DNA of 39,466 nucleotides from a virus, in IMG/VR virus record IMGVR_UViG_3300042743_000016; one strand, written 5' to 3'. Under the pieces are notes generated by a model. The model saw only the letters and a program-made list of their open reading frames with translations, ran no database searches and was not told the DNA's origin. Positions 1 to 9,012 of the stretch are shown in pieces. Numbering within the stretch: position 1 is the first letter of the stretch; the number at the start of each line of letters is the position of its first letter. A program made the position numbers and the translations under genes.

Positions 1-127
1 AAAAGAACCACCACCCGCAGCGCCGCCACCGAACGAAGGTGCAACGCCCTGCATCGTCTGAGGGGTAGCGGCCACACTGGCGTCAGCAATGGGTGCCGCC
101 GCTTGTGTGCCGGAAAAGTTCAAGAGC
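1..127. repeat. Terminal direct repeat, copy 1 (circular-assembly overlap)
   Basis: Exact 127-nt identity with 39340-39466, read by eye. An ORF stays in frame across the junction. Confidence 0.9.
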
Positions 128-423
128 CCGCCAGTCATTGACCCTGCGGAGCCCGCGCCACCAGCCGCGCCAGCGGAGCCGCCTGCGCCACCTAGGCCAC
201 CCAAGCCACCTCCAATGCCGCCAGCGCCAAGCGCAGCAGTGCCACCCAACACGAGCAAGCCGCCCAAAGCGTTGCCGCCTTGAGCCTTGCCCATCTTGTC
301 GAAGCCATTAAGGCCAAGCGAATTTTCAAAGTTCTGCCGCATGGGTTTGAAGCCGCGCAGGCCAATCGCTTGCCCCAACTGGTTGAAGTTGAAGCCATCG
401 TTGAAGCTGGAAAAGTAGCCCAT
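1..423 (-). CDS. Gly-rich virion (internal/ejection-type) protein, 5' part; continues across the circular junction into 39106..39339 (218 aa in total)
   Basis: ATG at 423-421 overlaps the upstream stop (TGATG). MGYFSSFNDGFNFNQLGQAIG...GGLGGLGGAGGSAGAAGG stays open to base 1 and is in frame with ORF 39106..39462 through the repeat. Absent from the ORF track because no stop lies inside the left edge. Confidence 0.75.
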   Translation of the reverse strand, partial: MGYFSSFNDGFNFNQLGQAIGLRGFKPMRQNFENSLGLNGFDKMGKAQGGNALGGLLVLGGTAALGAGGIGGGLGGLGGAGGSAGAAGGAGSAGSMTGGLLNFSGTQAAAPIADASVAATPQTMQGVAPSFGGGAAGGGSF

Positions 424-1229
424 CACTTACCTCCGCCGCTTTGGGTCGTTGTCTGCGTCTGAAAGCCCGGAGTGCCGAACACGCCCGACATCGCCTGGAG
501 CTTCTTGTACGGGTCGTTCTGCTGCTCTTGGAACTGCTGATAGCCGAAGTCGGCTTGGTCTTGAGCCTGGCTCTGCTGCACGTTGCCAGCGTTGAGCAAC
601 TGACCCGCGTTGGTGAAGCCCGCCTGTTGGATGCTCGGAGACATGCCCAGCGCTTGCATCTTGTTGGCTTGGTCGGTGCCGTAGGCGTTGAAGCGCATCC
701 CGGAGGCGATGTTGCCGAGGTTCTGCTGCAACATCCGGTCTTGATTGGCCTGAGCGTCCATCACGTTGGCATTACCGAACGAGCCGGATTGCACCGCTTG
801 AGCCACCTGATTCGGGCGCACTTGACGGTTGTAGGCGTCTGCCGTCTCGGTCTGTGCGCGTTCGATCTGCTGGGTCAGGTAGGGGTTCTCTTGCCCGCCC
901 TGAAGGAACGAGCCGAGGGCGCTTTCTGCCTGGCCTTGAACGCCTGAGCCCGCCTGCTGACGGATCATGTCCAGCGCCTGCGTCTGGTCGGTGTTCATGC
1001 CTGCGAAGCGCTCGCCCGTGTAGGCTTGATAAGGCTTGTTAGCAACCTGTTGAGCTTGAGAGGTGAAGGTGTCCACCAGAGGGTAAAGACGAGGGTCCAA
1101 GCCCTGAGCGGTCACGGATTTTCCACCGCCACCACCGCCGCCACCACAGATCAAGCGCCCCGCCTCATGGCGAGTGCAGGATTCGCCAAATGGCAATTCC
1201 ATTGCATAGAGTCTTTGTCGGCTGGTCAT
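423..1229 (-). CDS. Gln/Gly-rich internal virion protein (putative)
   Basis: 268-aa ORF with ATGA overlap to the upstream gene. G8 tract and Q/N-rich low complexity. Sits in the virion module. Confidence 0.6.
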   Translation of the reverse strand: MTSRQRLYAMELPFGESCTRHEAGRLICGGGGGGGGKSVTAQGLDPRLYPLVDTFTSQAQQVANKPYQAYTGERFAGMNTDQTQALDMIRQQAGSGVQGQAESALGSFLQGGQENPYLTQQIERAQTETADAYNRQVRPNQVAQAVQSGSFGNANVMDAQANQDRMLQQNLGNIASGMRFNAYGTDQANKMQALGMSPSIQQAGFTNAGQLLNAGNVQQSQAQDQADFGYQQFQEQQNDPYKKLQAMSGVFGTPGFQTQTTTQSGGGK

Positions 1230-1633
1230 TTCTTGAACCTCATCAGTGTTCGCACCGGCTCAAAGCCAGCGCGTTCATAAAGCCTTGCCTGCGCCGGTTT
1301 GGCCTGGCAGTGAATCTCTGAGCAACCATCAGCGGACGCCCACTCCCACAACTTGCCCAAGAACTCCGGGAACCCTGCGCCAGGTGCCCACATGTCAGTC
1401 ACCAGGCACACCCGCATGTTCGGGAGGTCATCAATGCGGATCACGCCCCAGCCAACGGGCGAGCCGTCGCGAACCATCGCGATCAACTGCCGCTCACCGC
1501 GGGCCAGGATCATTCGGAGCTGGTCACCCGTGATCTGCCCATCCGAGGCGTCGCAAGCCTCAGACAAGCGATGCGCACCCATCTGCCAAGCCGCGTGGAT
1601 GTGCTTGCGGTCGATTGGGACCAACTCGATCAC
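1226..1633 (-). CDS. GNAT-family N-acetyltransferase-like protein embedded in the virion module
   Basis: 135 aa with a GTGA-coupled start. The C-terminal half APGAGFPEFLGKLWEWASADGCSEIHCQAKPAQARLYERAGFEPV matches the GNAT acetyl-CoA motif A/B pattern (..A..LYER.GFE.V). Confidence 0.7.
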   Translation of the reverse strand: MIELVPIDRKHIHAAWQMGAHRLSEACDASDGQITGDQLRMILARGERQLIAMVRDGSPVGWGVIRIDDLPNMRVCLVTDMWAPGAGFPEFLGKLWEWASADGCSEIHCQAKPAQARLYERAGFEPVRTLMRFKK

Positions 1634-1962
1634 ACAAGCCTCACAGTCGGGGCCACCGTGTAAGTGATCCTTACAACATCGCCCTTCTTCACGGGCACCA
1701 CAGCCACCACGCCGAGAGAAGTACTCACACCCTCACGGACATAAGCAACAGCCGACACCGTGCCGCCCACGATGGACACGAAGCCATCCCGAGGGGCCAG
1801 GTAGTCGAAAGGCGAAGCGCCAACCGTCACAGCCGACACGCTCAAGGGTGTCGAAGCCCGGTCAATCAACTCGTTGACGGACAGGGCAAGGGCGCGAAAT
1901 AGCTCGTTCACCCGCTGCCATGAGCCAGAAGGCAAGCGAGGCTCAATAGGCAGTTTTCTCAT
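1630..1962 (-). CDS. Hypothetical virion-module protein
   Basis: 110-aa ORF with ATGA coupling at both ends. Confidence 0.6.
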   Translation of the reverse strand: MRKLPIEPRLPSGSWQRVNELFRALALSVNELIDRASTPLSVSAVTVGASPFDYLAPRDGFVSIVGGTVSAVAYVREGVSTSLGVVAVVPVKKGDVVRITYTVAPTVRLV

Positions 1963-3383
1963 CGCACACCCGCCGCTTGAGCGACCATCTGATAGGCCGA
2001 CAGACCAGCGTTGCCGGTCATGTCAACTCGGACGCGGTGGAACCTGGCCGTCTGCCTCATCGGGAACTTCGACCCGTCAAACGACGAGGACGAGCCCATC
2101 ACGACAGGCGCGCCGCTTGATGTCTTGGTGAAGCCCTGACACGTCGCCGTTGTGGGTTGTTGCGACCAGCGAACATTGACACGCGACAGGTAAGACGACA
2201 CCGTTTCGTCGCCTTGATCCGAGGTCACGAACCACGATGGCGAGGGAATGCCGGTCAGGGACTTGACCTTGTTGTCAGTGCCGAAAATCGCGGGGTTGGA
2301 CTTCGACGTGATCCAAAACGGCGAGTCGTAGGAGAACGCCGGACCCGTGTCATAGGTGTAGCCAAGGGCCGCGCCAGAGTCGTAGGTGATGCCAGGGCTT
2401 GTGTAATTCATCACCGCCTGCACGGTCATGTCAGACACACCCCAGCGACCCGAGGGAACGTGGAAGGTCAAGCAACGATCACAGTCACCCGCAGACGAGG
2501 TGGACGGGTAGAACATCCACACCAGGGCGTTATCGCGGTCCCACATCAGCTTCGTGCGATAGCGGAACTGCGCCGATGAGTTGTCGATCCACCACTGGCG
2601 AATCTCGTTGCCGACGGGTTGAGCCTTGTGGCCGTCGAACAGGTACACGTTGTCAGAGCCGACGAACACATGCCCCATCGGGGTGTCGGAGACAGCTTCA
2701 GGACCGACACAGCCCACGTCACCGACGGGCATTGTCCACTGCCACACCACCTCACCGGCCACGTAGATGCCAACAAAAATGCCGCGCTCTTTGTAGGCAA
2801 TGATCGTGTCGCCCATCCGCAGGCCAGCAGTGATAGCCCCTTGGCCTTCGATCAATCGACCCTCGTTCGATTGGCTGGCAATGCTGGGCGTCCACTGCGT
2901 CACATCGAGATAGCCGGAGCATTTCCAGCCATCTGCCGTGGTGCCGTGGTTGAGCAACATGACGAAGCCCTGAGCGACCACAATTGCCCGGGCAGACGAA
3001 GCGCCAGAGATGGCCGAGAAAGCCGCGCCCGTGGACCGTTGAAGCGCGACAGAGGGGCAGACAGCCAGAGCGTCATTACCAAACGAGGCAAAGCGCCACA
3101 CATCGTCAGTGCCCAGCGTGTAGCCGCTTCCGACACTCGACCACGATGTCCCGCCCAATTCGTACAGGTTCGATGCAGTCCCGGCAAACAACCGGCTGTT
3201 GCCCGTCAGGTTGCGAGTCACCGCAGCACCGCGACAAGCAGCCGCCAAAGCATTCACACCCGCATCAGCAGGCGACGGGGCCGCGCGCATCCCACGCGGG
3301 TCGGGAATGAGGTTTTGGCACTCCATGATTGCGCCCGGGGTCGTGGGCTCAACGTCGGGGGAGAAGCCGAGAAGCGGGGTCAT
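1959..3383 (-). CDS. Putative tail nozzle/tubular protein (beta-rich, 474 aa)
   Basis: Start moved to the ATG at 3383, which forms an ATGA overlap with the upstream stop; the track ORF begins at 3485 inside the previous gene. Large beta-rich protein directly after the adaptor-like gene, as in podoviruses. Confidence 0.6.
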   Translation of the reverse strand: MTPLLGFSPDVEPTTPGAIMECQNLIPDPRGMRAAPSPADAGVNALAAACRGAAVTRNLTGNSRLFAGTASNLYELGGTSWSSVGSGYTLGTDDVWRFASFGNDALAVCPSVALQRSTGAAFSAISGASSARAIVVAQGFVMLLNHGTTADGWKCSGYLDVTQWTPSIASQSNEGRLIEGQGAITAGLRMGDTIIAYKERGIFVGIYVAGEVVWQWTMPVGDVGCVGPEAVSDTPMGHVFVGSDNVYLFDGHKAQPVGNEIRQWWIDNSSAQFRYRTKLMWDRDNALVWMFYPSTSSAGDCDRCLTFHVPSGRWGVSDMTVQAVMNYTSPGITYDSGAALGYTYDTGPAFSYDSPFWITSKSNPAIFGTDNKVKSLTGIPSPSWFVTSDQGDETVSSYLSRVNVRWSQQPTTATCQGFTKTSSGAPVVMGSSSSFDGSKFPMRQTARFHRVRVDMTGNAGLSAYQMVAQAAGVR

Positions 3384-3991
3384 GCCCAACGCTCCGCACG
3401 AATGGCGATGTTGGCGTTGCTGTAACGCATGTTCTCGTCCTGCTCGCGCAGCGCCGCAATTGCCTTGGCATAGGCTTGCGCCCACACAGTGATCCGCGAA
3501 TCATCACGCAGGTATGGCGAAGCCTCAAGAAGAGCGCCATACAGGTACACATCAGGCGCATTAGTCATCAGCCAATTCGTGCTTGCAGTCGCAAGCGCTG
3601 GGAACTTTGCTGAGTAGTAGATGGCGTATGGATACGCCGCATCAGGACCGGGCGCTACAGCAAAGTTGTTCGTCATCGACGTGTAGACGAACGGGCGTCC
3701 AGCCTGCGCAGCGAAGCCGTCAAAGTCCTCGGGCGTCACATACCGAAGGTCACGCTCTGCGCCATTGGCAGTGATGGTGATGCGCTTCAGGTCGATCAAG
3801 TCAGAGGGCAGCGGGACGACTTGCGTGGATACCGTGCCAGTCGTCACCGTGTCTTGCGCGTTCAGGCGAAGCTCACGGTTAAAGCGCACCTCTGCCAACG
3901 CGATGAAGTCGGGGATCACAGCCGTCAGGTCGGTGCGGTTGAGCCAGTTGGCAACAGCGGCCTTGAGGTCGGCGTAGTTTGCGAGGCTCAT
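3380..3991 (-). CDS. Putative head-to-tail adaptor protein
   Basis: 203 aa. The N-terminus MSLANYADLKAAVANWLNRTDLTAVIPDFIALAEVRFNREL is a motif I recognise from podophage structural modules. Function inferred from position. Confidence 0.55.
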   Translation of the reverse strand: MSLANYADLKAAVANWLNRTDLTAVIPDFIALAEVRFNRELRLNAQDTVTTGTVSTQVVPLPSDLIDLKRITITANGAERDLRYVTPEDFDGFAAQAGRPFVYTSMTNNFAVAPGPDAAYPYAIYYSAKFPALATASTNWLMTNAPDVYLYGALLEASPYLRDDSRITVWAQAYAKAIAALREQDENMRYSNANIAIRAERWA

Positions 3992-4383
3992 AGCTTGTCC
4001 ACTGTTCGGAAGCCGCTGTAATCGCGGTCGGCCAACATGCGGCGAATGCCCACGTTGTCGTGCAGACCTTCAATCAGGCCCCTGTTGATCCAGTCCTCAA
4101 TGACCACCGCGTCAATCTCACCCACATGGCGAATCGAGCGGTCCTCGGAATAGCCATTTCGCGGATGAGCCGCACGCATCTGCGCAGCGAAGTCCAAGAC
4201 ACCTTCCGCATCGCTTTGGCGCTGGATGACGAGCGTGTCGGTCGCCTCGTCATAGTGCTGAATGGTGCGAATCCCGAGACTGTTGTAGGTCGATGCCTGC
4301 AACTGAGCCTGGCGCAAGGCTTCCTGACGGTCGCGTTCGTGCAACTCGTCAATCACGTCCTGGGGCAGGATCAGCGAAGTCAT
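3988..4383 (-). CDS. Hypothetical head-completion-region protein
   Basis: Start set to the ATG at 4383, just after the upstream stop at 4385-4387 (MTSLILPQDVIDEL...); 131 aa. Confidence 0.6.
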   Translation of the reverse strand: MTSLILPQDVIDELHERDRQEALRQAQLQASTYNSLGIRTIQHYDEATDTLVIQRQSDAEGVLDFAAQMRAAHPRNGYSEDRSIRHVGEIDAVVIEDWINRGLIEGLHDNVGIRRMLADRDYSGFRTVDKL

Positions 4384-4384
4384 G

Positions 4385-4687
4385 TCAGTACTCGATGGCC
4401 TGAACGTTGACCTTGCCCGATGCGGCGTCTTGGATGACGGCAAAGTGGGTCGTACCGCGAGGCAGCGTCAGCACGACAGCATCGGCTGGCTGGGTCAGGA
4501 TGTTGCTGGCCGTGGCGGTCACTGCGGCAGACGTGCCGAAGTTGATGTAGGCGGCTTGGGTGGAGGCGACACGAACAACGCGGGCGGGCGTGCCTGCTTG
4601 GGTGTTCGGCAGCGCGAAAGGGGCGGATGTGGCCGAGGTCGTGGCGTTCACGCCCGGGGACACGATCAACAGAGAATCATCAAACAT
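4385..4687 (-). CDS. Small virion protein (possible capsid decoration/cement protein)
   Basis: 100-aa Ala/Thr/Val-rich beta-type ORF immediately after the capsid gene and its terminator. Function inferred from position only. Confidence 0.5.
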   Translation of the reverse strand: MFDDSLLIVSPGVNATTSATSAPFALPNTQAGTPARVVRVASTQAAYINFGTSAAVTATASNILTQPADAVVLTLPRGTTHFAVIQDAASGKVNVQAIEY

Positions 4688-4698
4688 GGCTTCTCCAA

Positions 4699-4732
4699 AG
4701 AGAAAAGCCCCCCGAGGTTTCCCAAGGGGGGC
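4699..4732 (-). terminator. Intrinsic terminator after the major capsid gene
   Basis: Minus-strand GCCCCCC-loop-GGGGGGC hairpin followed by TTTTCTCTTT. Confidence 0.7.
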
Positions 4733-4756
4733 GCACGGCTCACGCCGTCAGGTCAA

Positions 4757-5698
4757 TCAGTTCAGGTCGGCAATGATCGCGTTTGCGGCCTCGTTGCGAG
4801 CTTCCAGGGTGTAGGTGCCCCAGATTTGCTTGCGGCGTGCCAGACCGGTGATGGCCAGGTCTTGCATCTGGACGGGCTCCAGATAGGCAACGGCCCAGTA
4901 CTCAGGGTTGATGACGTGAACGTCACGAGCACGTTGGAAGCGGTTGGGGATCAGCTTCAGCGGGCCAAAGTCGGAGTCATACACCGAGACCGTGGCGGTC
5001 AGGGTCTTGTCCTCGACTTGGTAGAACTTGGTGGCGCCACCCGTCAGGACGGTGGACAAGTTCGCACGCTGGGCCGGAGCCGACATCACCGTGGTGGCGA
5101 AGCTGTTGCTGTTGGTGTAGATGCCAGTGGCAACGTTACGCAGCAGCGTTTCGGTGAAAGCACGGGCCGTGCCGTCAGTGGCAGCAGCCGACGAAGTGCC
5201 GTTCGCACCGCCAGCACCACGCGAGGTGTTGGTGGCGTACCAGCCGCACAGGGGGCGCAGCTTGGCGGCGACCGAAGCGGTGCCGGTCACGGGGGCCTGG
5301 TTGCCGGTCAGGATGGCTTCCATGTCCACCTTCAGGGCACGCATCGACTTCTCGACCTGGTAGGCGAGTTCGCGCTTGCGACCAGCCTTGTCCACGGCGC
5401 TGTCCTGAATGGTCGAGACGCCGATAACCTTGGTGGAGGTCTGGCAGACGTTGGACAGGCGAGTGGTCGTGATGAGCGAGTTGTTGGAAGCGTCGTCGCC
5501 TTCGATCTGCGCGTTGTTGGCGTCGGCAGAAGGCAGCGAGTCGGTTTGCCAGTCGTGCTTGGTAGCCGTGGCGGTTGCCTTGCCAACCATCGACTGGAAA
5601 GGGGTATCGAACGGCGAGACCATGTAGATCACGTCGGACAGGTCTTCACGGTTACCGACAGCGGAAACCGATTGGAAGGTATTGCTTGGAACAGCCAT
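4757..5698 (-). CDS. Major capsid protein (HK97-fold, SU10/DUF5309-like)
   Basis: 313 aa. The N-terminal signature NREDLSDVIYMVSPFDTPF is typical of this capsid family. Follows the scaffold gene. Confidence 0.85.
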   Translation of the reverse strand: MAVPSNTFQSVSAVGNREDLSDVIYMVSPFDTPFQSMVGKATATATKHDWQTDSLPSADANNAQIEGDDASNNSLITTTRLSNVCQTSTKVIGVSTIQDSAVDKAGRKRELAYQVEKSMRALKVDMEAILTGNQAPVTGTASVAAKLRPLCGWYATNTSRGAGGANGTSSAAATDGTARAFTETLLRNVATGIYTNSNSFATTVMSAPAQRANLSTVLTGGATKFYQVEDKTLTATVSVYDSDFGPLKLIPNRFQRARDVHVINPEYWAVAYLEPVQMQDLAITGLARRKQIWGTYTLEARNEAANAIIADLN

Positions 5699-5700
5699 GA

Positions 5701-6630
5701 TTAACCTTTCAGGCGCAACGCGAGAACGTCACGCAAAGCGGAAGGCGAGCCGGTCTGCTTGAGACGGCTGACAGCCTTCTTCGATTGAATTTCTTGGTCA
5801 GTGACGCGGGACTCGGACGAGCCCGGTTTGACCGGCTTGGGCAGGCTGGCTACACGCTTCTCAACCTGCGTCCTGGTGTTCTGGAGTTGGTCGTAACGCC
5901 ACGCCTTCATGACCATTTCGTAGATCGCCGGGTTCTTGGCAATCTCGACGCGGGCGAACTGCGGAAGTCCTTGCGTGAACTTGTCCAACTCGATGTCAAC
6001 CCGCGGTGTCCATCCGGGCAACTGCTGGACGTGCTGGCGGGTGGCCTCCATCGCCTGTGCCGTCTGCTGTGCCTCTGCCTGCTGGAATTGCTGCTGGCGC
6101 TGTCCGAGGGCTTGCGCCATCTGACTGCGGGCCTGCTGCAACTGCTGGAACTGGATGTACGCTTTGTTTGCACCAATCGGGTCTTGATCCAGCGCAGCCG
6201 CCCAGTCAATCGACTGGTACTGGCTCAACTGGTTGTCAACGGCCTGCAACTGCGCAAACTCTTGTGCGGACTGCTGATGAAAGACGGCCTGCTGCTGGAC
6301 GAAGGCTTGTTGAGCCTCCAACTGCTTGCGGGCCTCTGCCACCTCTTGCGTCTTGCGCGTGTAGTCGCTTTGACGGAGAAGGGCGTCCTTCAATTCCTGC
6401 GGGACTTTGTGGGTCTTGCCCTCAAACTCGACTTCAACCAAGCCTTCATCGGGTGCCGTTTCCGGTTCGACTTCAACTGGTGCGTCATCGCCCTCCGCTG
6501 CCGCGTTGTCCTCATCGGGCGCGGTGTCTGCGGGGGTGTCATCAGGCTCAGACCAACGATCCATCAGGGTGTCAGTCACACTCTGCGCGGAATCCACTGC
6601 GGGCTGTTCCACGCTGCTTTGCTCGTCCAT
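5701..6630 (-). CDS. Scaffolding protein (putative)
   Basis: 309 aa with an acidic N-terminus and a Q/A/E-rich predicted coiled coil. Lies between the portal region and the capsid gene. Confidence 0.7.
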   Translation of the reverse strand: MDEQSSVEQPAVDSAQSVTDTLMDRWSEPDDTPADTAPDEDNAAAEGDDAPVEVEPETAPDEGLVEVEFEGKTHKVPQELKDALLRQSDYTRKTQEVAEARKQLEAQQAFVQQQAVFHQQSAQEFAQLQAVDNQLSQYQSIDWAAALDQDPIGANKAYIQFQQLQQARSQMAQALGQRQQQFQQAEAQQTAQAMEATRQHVQQLPGWTPRVDIELDKFTQGLPQFARVEIAKNPAIYEMVMKAWRYDQLQNTRTQVEKRVASLPKPVKPGSSESRVTDQEIQSKKAVSRLKQTGSPSALRDVLALRLKG

Positions 6631-6644
6631 AGGTCTCCAGAACG

Positions 6645-6675
6645 AAAAAAGCCCGCCACCGTTTCCAGTGCGGGC
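6645..6675 (-). terminator. Intrinsic terminator (second of a tandem pair) upstream of the scaffold gene
   Basis: Minus-strand GCCCGCAC..GTGGCGGGC hairpin followed by TTTTTT. Confidence 0.7.
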
Positions 6676-6678
6676 GTT

Positions 6679-6700
6679 AAAAAACCGGCTCTAGGCCGGT
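6679..6700 (-). terminator. Intrinsic terminator (first of a tandem pair)
   Basis: Minus-strand ACCGGC-CTAGA-GCCGGT hairpin followed by TTTTTT. Confidence 0.65.
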
Positions 6701-6706
6701 TGGGGG

Positions 6707-7015
6707 TTAGGCTGCGTCTCGACTGAACCAGTCAGCCACGCGGCCCTTGAGGGAGCGCTCTTGGTTGATCTTCTCAACCTTGCCATCGACCAATGCGCTC
6801 TCAAAGTTGGCTTTGAGGCTGGTCAGCGTCTTGTGCATCCGCTTCAACTCGGACATGCCGTCCTGATCGCGCATCGGGGCCTCTTTCCAGCCCTGCACAA
6901 TCGCGGCCTCCATCTGTTGCCAGACATCAATCCACACGGGGCTGTTGATGATTCGGCTGGCCTCGTCGGCCCGCTTGATCGGGTCATTCAGAATCAGTTG
7001 GTCAAGCTCGTCCAT
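6707..7015 (-). CDS. Hypothetical protein between portal and scaffold
   Basis: ATG at 7015 overlaps the portal stop (TGATG); 102 aa. Confidence 0.6.
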   Translation of the reverse strand: MDELDQLILNDPIKRADEASRIINSPVWIDVWQQMEAAIVQGWKEAPMRDQDGMSELKRMHKTLTSLKANFESALVDGKVEKINQERSLKGRVADWFSRDAA

Positions 7016-9012
7016 CACATCTGGCCCGGCTGGAAGAACGGAGTCGAATAGTCCAAGAACTGCTTGGCGGCGTCATGGTTCAACTGCATGGCCTGGCGCT
7101 GCGTCTCGCCCTGCTGCTTGATCGTCTCAGTCTGCACATCAGCCTGTGCGCCGATCTTCGCGGCCTCGATCTTGGGATCAGGCTGGGGCGGCTGCGGAGG
7201 CGTCTGCGCTGGGTTCTGCCAGAACTTGTCGGGGTTCTTGAACCCTGCGTTCTTGGTCAACTCAACCAGCGCGTTGTAAATCTTCTCGGGTGTCGTCGCG
7301 CCGATCTGCATGGCCTCTTTTTGGGCGTTCAGGATCATCATGAGCTGCTGGGTCTGCTCCTGCTTGTTGCCTGTGCCCAGACCCACGCTGACCGTCATGT
7401 CGTAGCGCGTTTTCCACGAACGCGGATCGACCTGCACCCACTGATTGCGCAACTTCACGGTCTGCGGCTTGGACGAGTGACGGCGCAGCACGCCATGCAC
7501 CGAGCGAAACAGGTCTTTCACGCCAGTCTCAGCAAAGCATCGGGCGATGAGAAGCTGTTTCTCCATCGCTGCGGTCATGATTTGCGAGATGCCCGAAGCT
7601 GTCTTGTTCAGGCTGTTGGAGTCAAGGCCCTGGTTGTAGCGGGTGATGCCGGTGCGGTTCTCCATCATCGATTGAAGGAATTCCATCATGGGCATGGACT
7701 GCGCGGCGACGTTGGGCACGCTCATGGGCATCAGATGCTCGGCAGGGTTGCCCTTCACGCGGATCAGGCCGCCAGCCCGATGCGTCAGCACATCGTCAAG
7801 GTTTACCGCGTTGTTCTCTGTGTTGACGCCAATCCGGGGCGTGTTCGACAGGTACAGGTTGTCCATCTGCTGACGCAGCAGCGTGGACTTGATGAGTTGA
7901 ATGTCGGCCACCAACTCGGCCACCGAGCGCCCGAAATGCTTGTGAGGCATCAGGATGGGCGACAGGCAGCAAAGATTGATTTCCTCGACTTCCTCGTTCT
8001 CAAGAACCGTTTCGCCCACTTGAAGGATGCGGCGAAGCTCTGCAATGCCGTCGCCGTCGAAGTCGAAGCGAATCCACGTCTCTTTCAGCAGGACTTCACG
8101 CGAGACACCCTCACCCACCACCGTGGAGAAGGAAAACACCGATTCTTCGGGAGAGCGGCGGGCCAAGTACTCCAGATTGTTGATCTGGTCATCCTCGTCG
8201 CCAATGTTCTCGTCCACCTCATAACCCATCGCGCGAATGGCGCTGATGCTCTTGCGGGTGCGGTGCTGGGCAAAAGGAACGTCCTTGATGTTGACCGAGC
8301 GAGAGCGCGCAGCCACCAAGATTTCTTCAGGCGGCACCGGCTCGATGCACACATAGCCCACCGGGTGCGTGATCTGCACCACCACATCGTGCAGCATCGG
8401 GACTTGCGCAGGCATACCCTGAATGGGCATGTGCTGCATCATCTGTGCCGCGATGGGGTCAGGGTAGGCGTGATGCTGGATCGGCTCAATGGTCGGGTCT
8501 TGCAAGAGCATGGCGAACTCGTCGTCGCTCAAGCCCTCATAGGTCTCTTTGCGCTTCTCGTCGCGCTGATCCCACCAGTACTTCACATAGCCGTTCTTCT
8601 GCAACAGCGCGTCTTTGAACCAGCTGTAAAACGTCGTGAACGAGTGGTTCTGCTGCGTGATGCAGAAGTTTGTGAACTCGGTTTCCTGCCTGGCCGCTTC
8701 CTCATCTTCCGGACCAACAGGATTGAACTCGCCAATCTCATCGGAGCCGACGAACATCTTCAGCAGCGACGGCAGGATGCTTTCCACCGTGTCAGCAACG
8801 TCGGTCGAGATAACAGACGAGCGGCCTTCTTCCTCGTTGCCAAACGGCTTGCCGAGGTAGTAGTCCATCAACGTCGCACGCTCTTTGGACAGGGTGCCGG
8901 TGTAGCGACCCAGCGCGTGCGTTTCCTCGTTGCGGATGGCGCTCAGGAGTTCATCCACTGCAACGCCGGACAAAGCGCCGTCGAGGATGTCGTCGTTCTG
9001 ATCTTCAAGCAT
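7015..9012 (-). CDS. Portal protein
   Basis: 665 aa directly downstream of TerL. The N-terminal region ...KERATLMDYYLGKPFGNEEEGRSSVISTDVADTVESILPSL resembles podovirus head-tail connector proteins. Confidence 0.85.
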   Translation of the reverse strand: MLEDQNDDILDGALSGVAVDELLSAIRNEETHALGRYTGTLSKERATLMDYYLGKPFGNEEEGRSSVISTDVADTVESILPSLLKMFVGSDEIGEFNPVGPEDEEAARQETEFTNFCITQQNHSFTTFYSWFKDALLQKNGYVKYWWDQRDEKRKETYEGLSDDEFAMLLQDPTIEPIQHHAYPDPIAAQMMQHMPIQGMPAQVPMLHDVVVQITHPVGYVCIEPVPPEEILVAARSRSVNIKDVPFAQHRTRKSISAIRAMGYEVDENIGDEDDQINNLEYLARRSPEESVFSFSTVVGEGVSREVLLKETWIRFDFDGDGIAELRRILQVGETVLENEEVEEINLCCLSPILMPHKHFGRSVAELVADIQLIKSTLLRQQMDNLYLSNTPRIGVNTENNAVNLDDVLTHRAGGLIRVKGNPAEHLMPMSVPNVAAQSMPMMEFLQSMMENRTGITRYNQGLDSNSLNKTASGISQIMTAAMEKQLLIARCFAETGVKDLFRSVHGVLRRHSSKPQTVKLRNQWVQVDPRSWKTRYDMTVSVGLGTGNKQEQTQQLMMILNAQKEAMQIGATTPEKIYNALVELTKNAGFKNPDKFWQNPAQTPPQPPQPDPKIEAAKIGAQADVQTETIKQQGETQRQAMQLNHDAAKQFLDYSTPFFQPGQM

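Noticed and set aside
89-283. Pro-rich plus-strand ORF (PPAPPRPPKPPPMPP) at the left edge.
   Set aside because: It is the reverse-complement shadow of the Gly-rich (GGN-codon) virion gene that spans the circular junction.
1124-1150. The run encoding eight consecutive Gly, considered as a possible slippage or homopolymer hotspot.
   Set aside because: The DNA is mixed GGT/GGC/GGG codons (ccaccgccaccaccgccgcc), not a homopolymer or perfect repeat.
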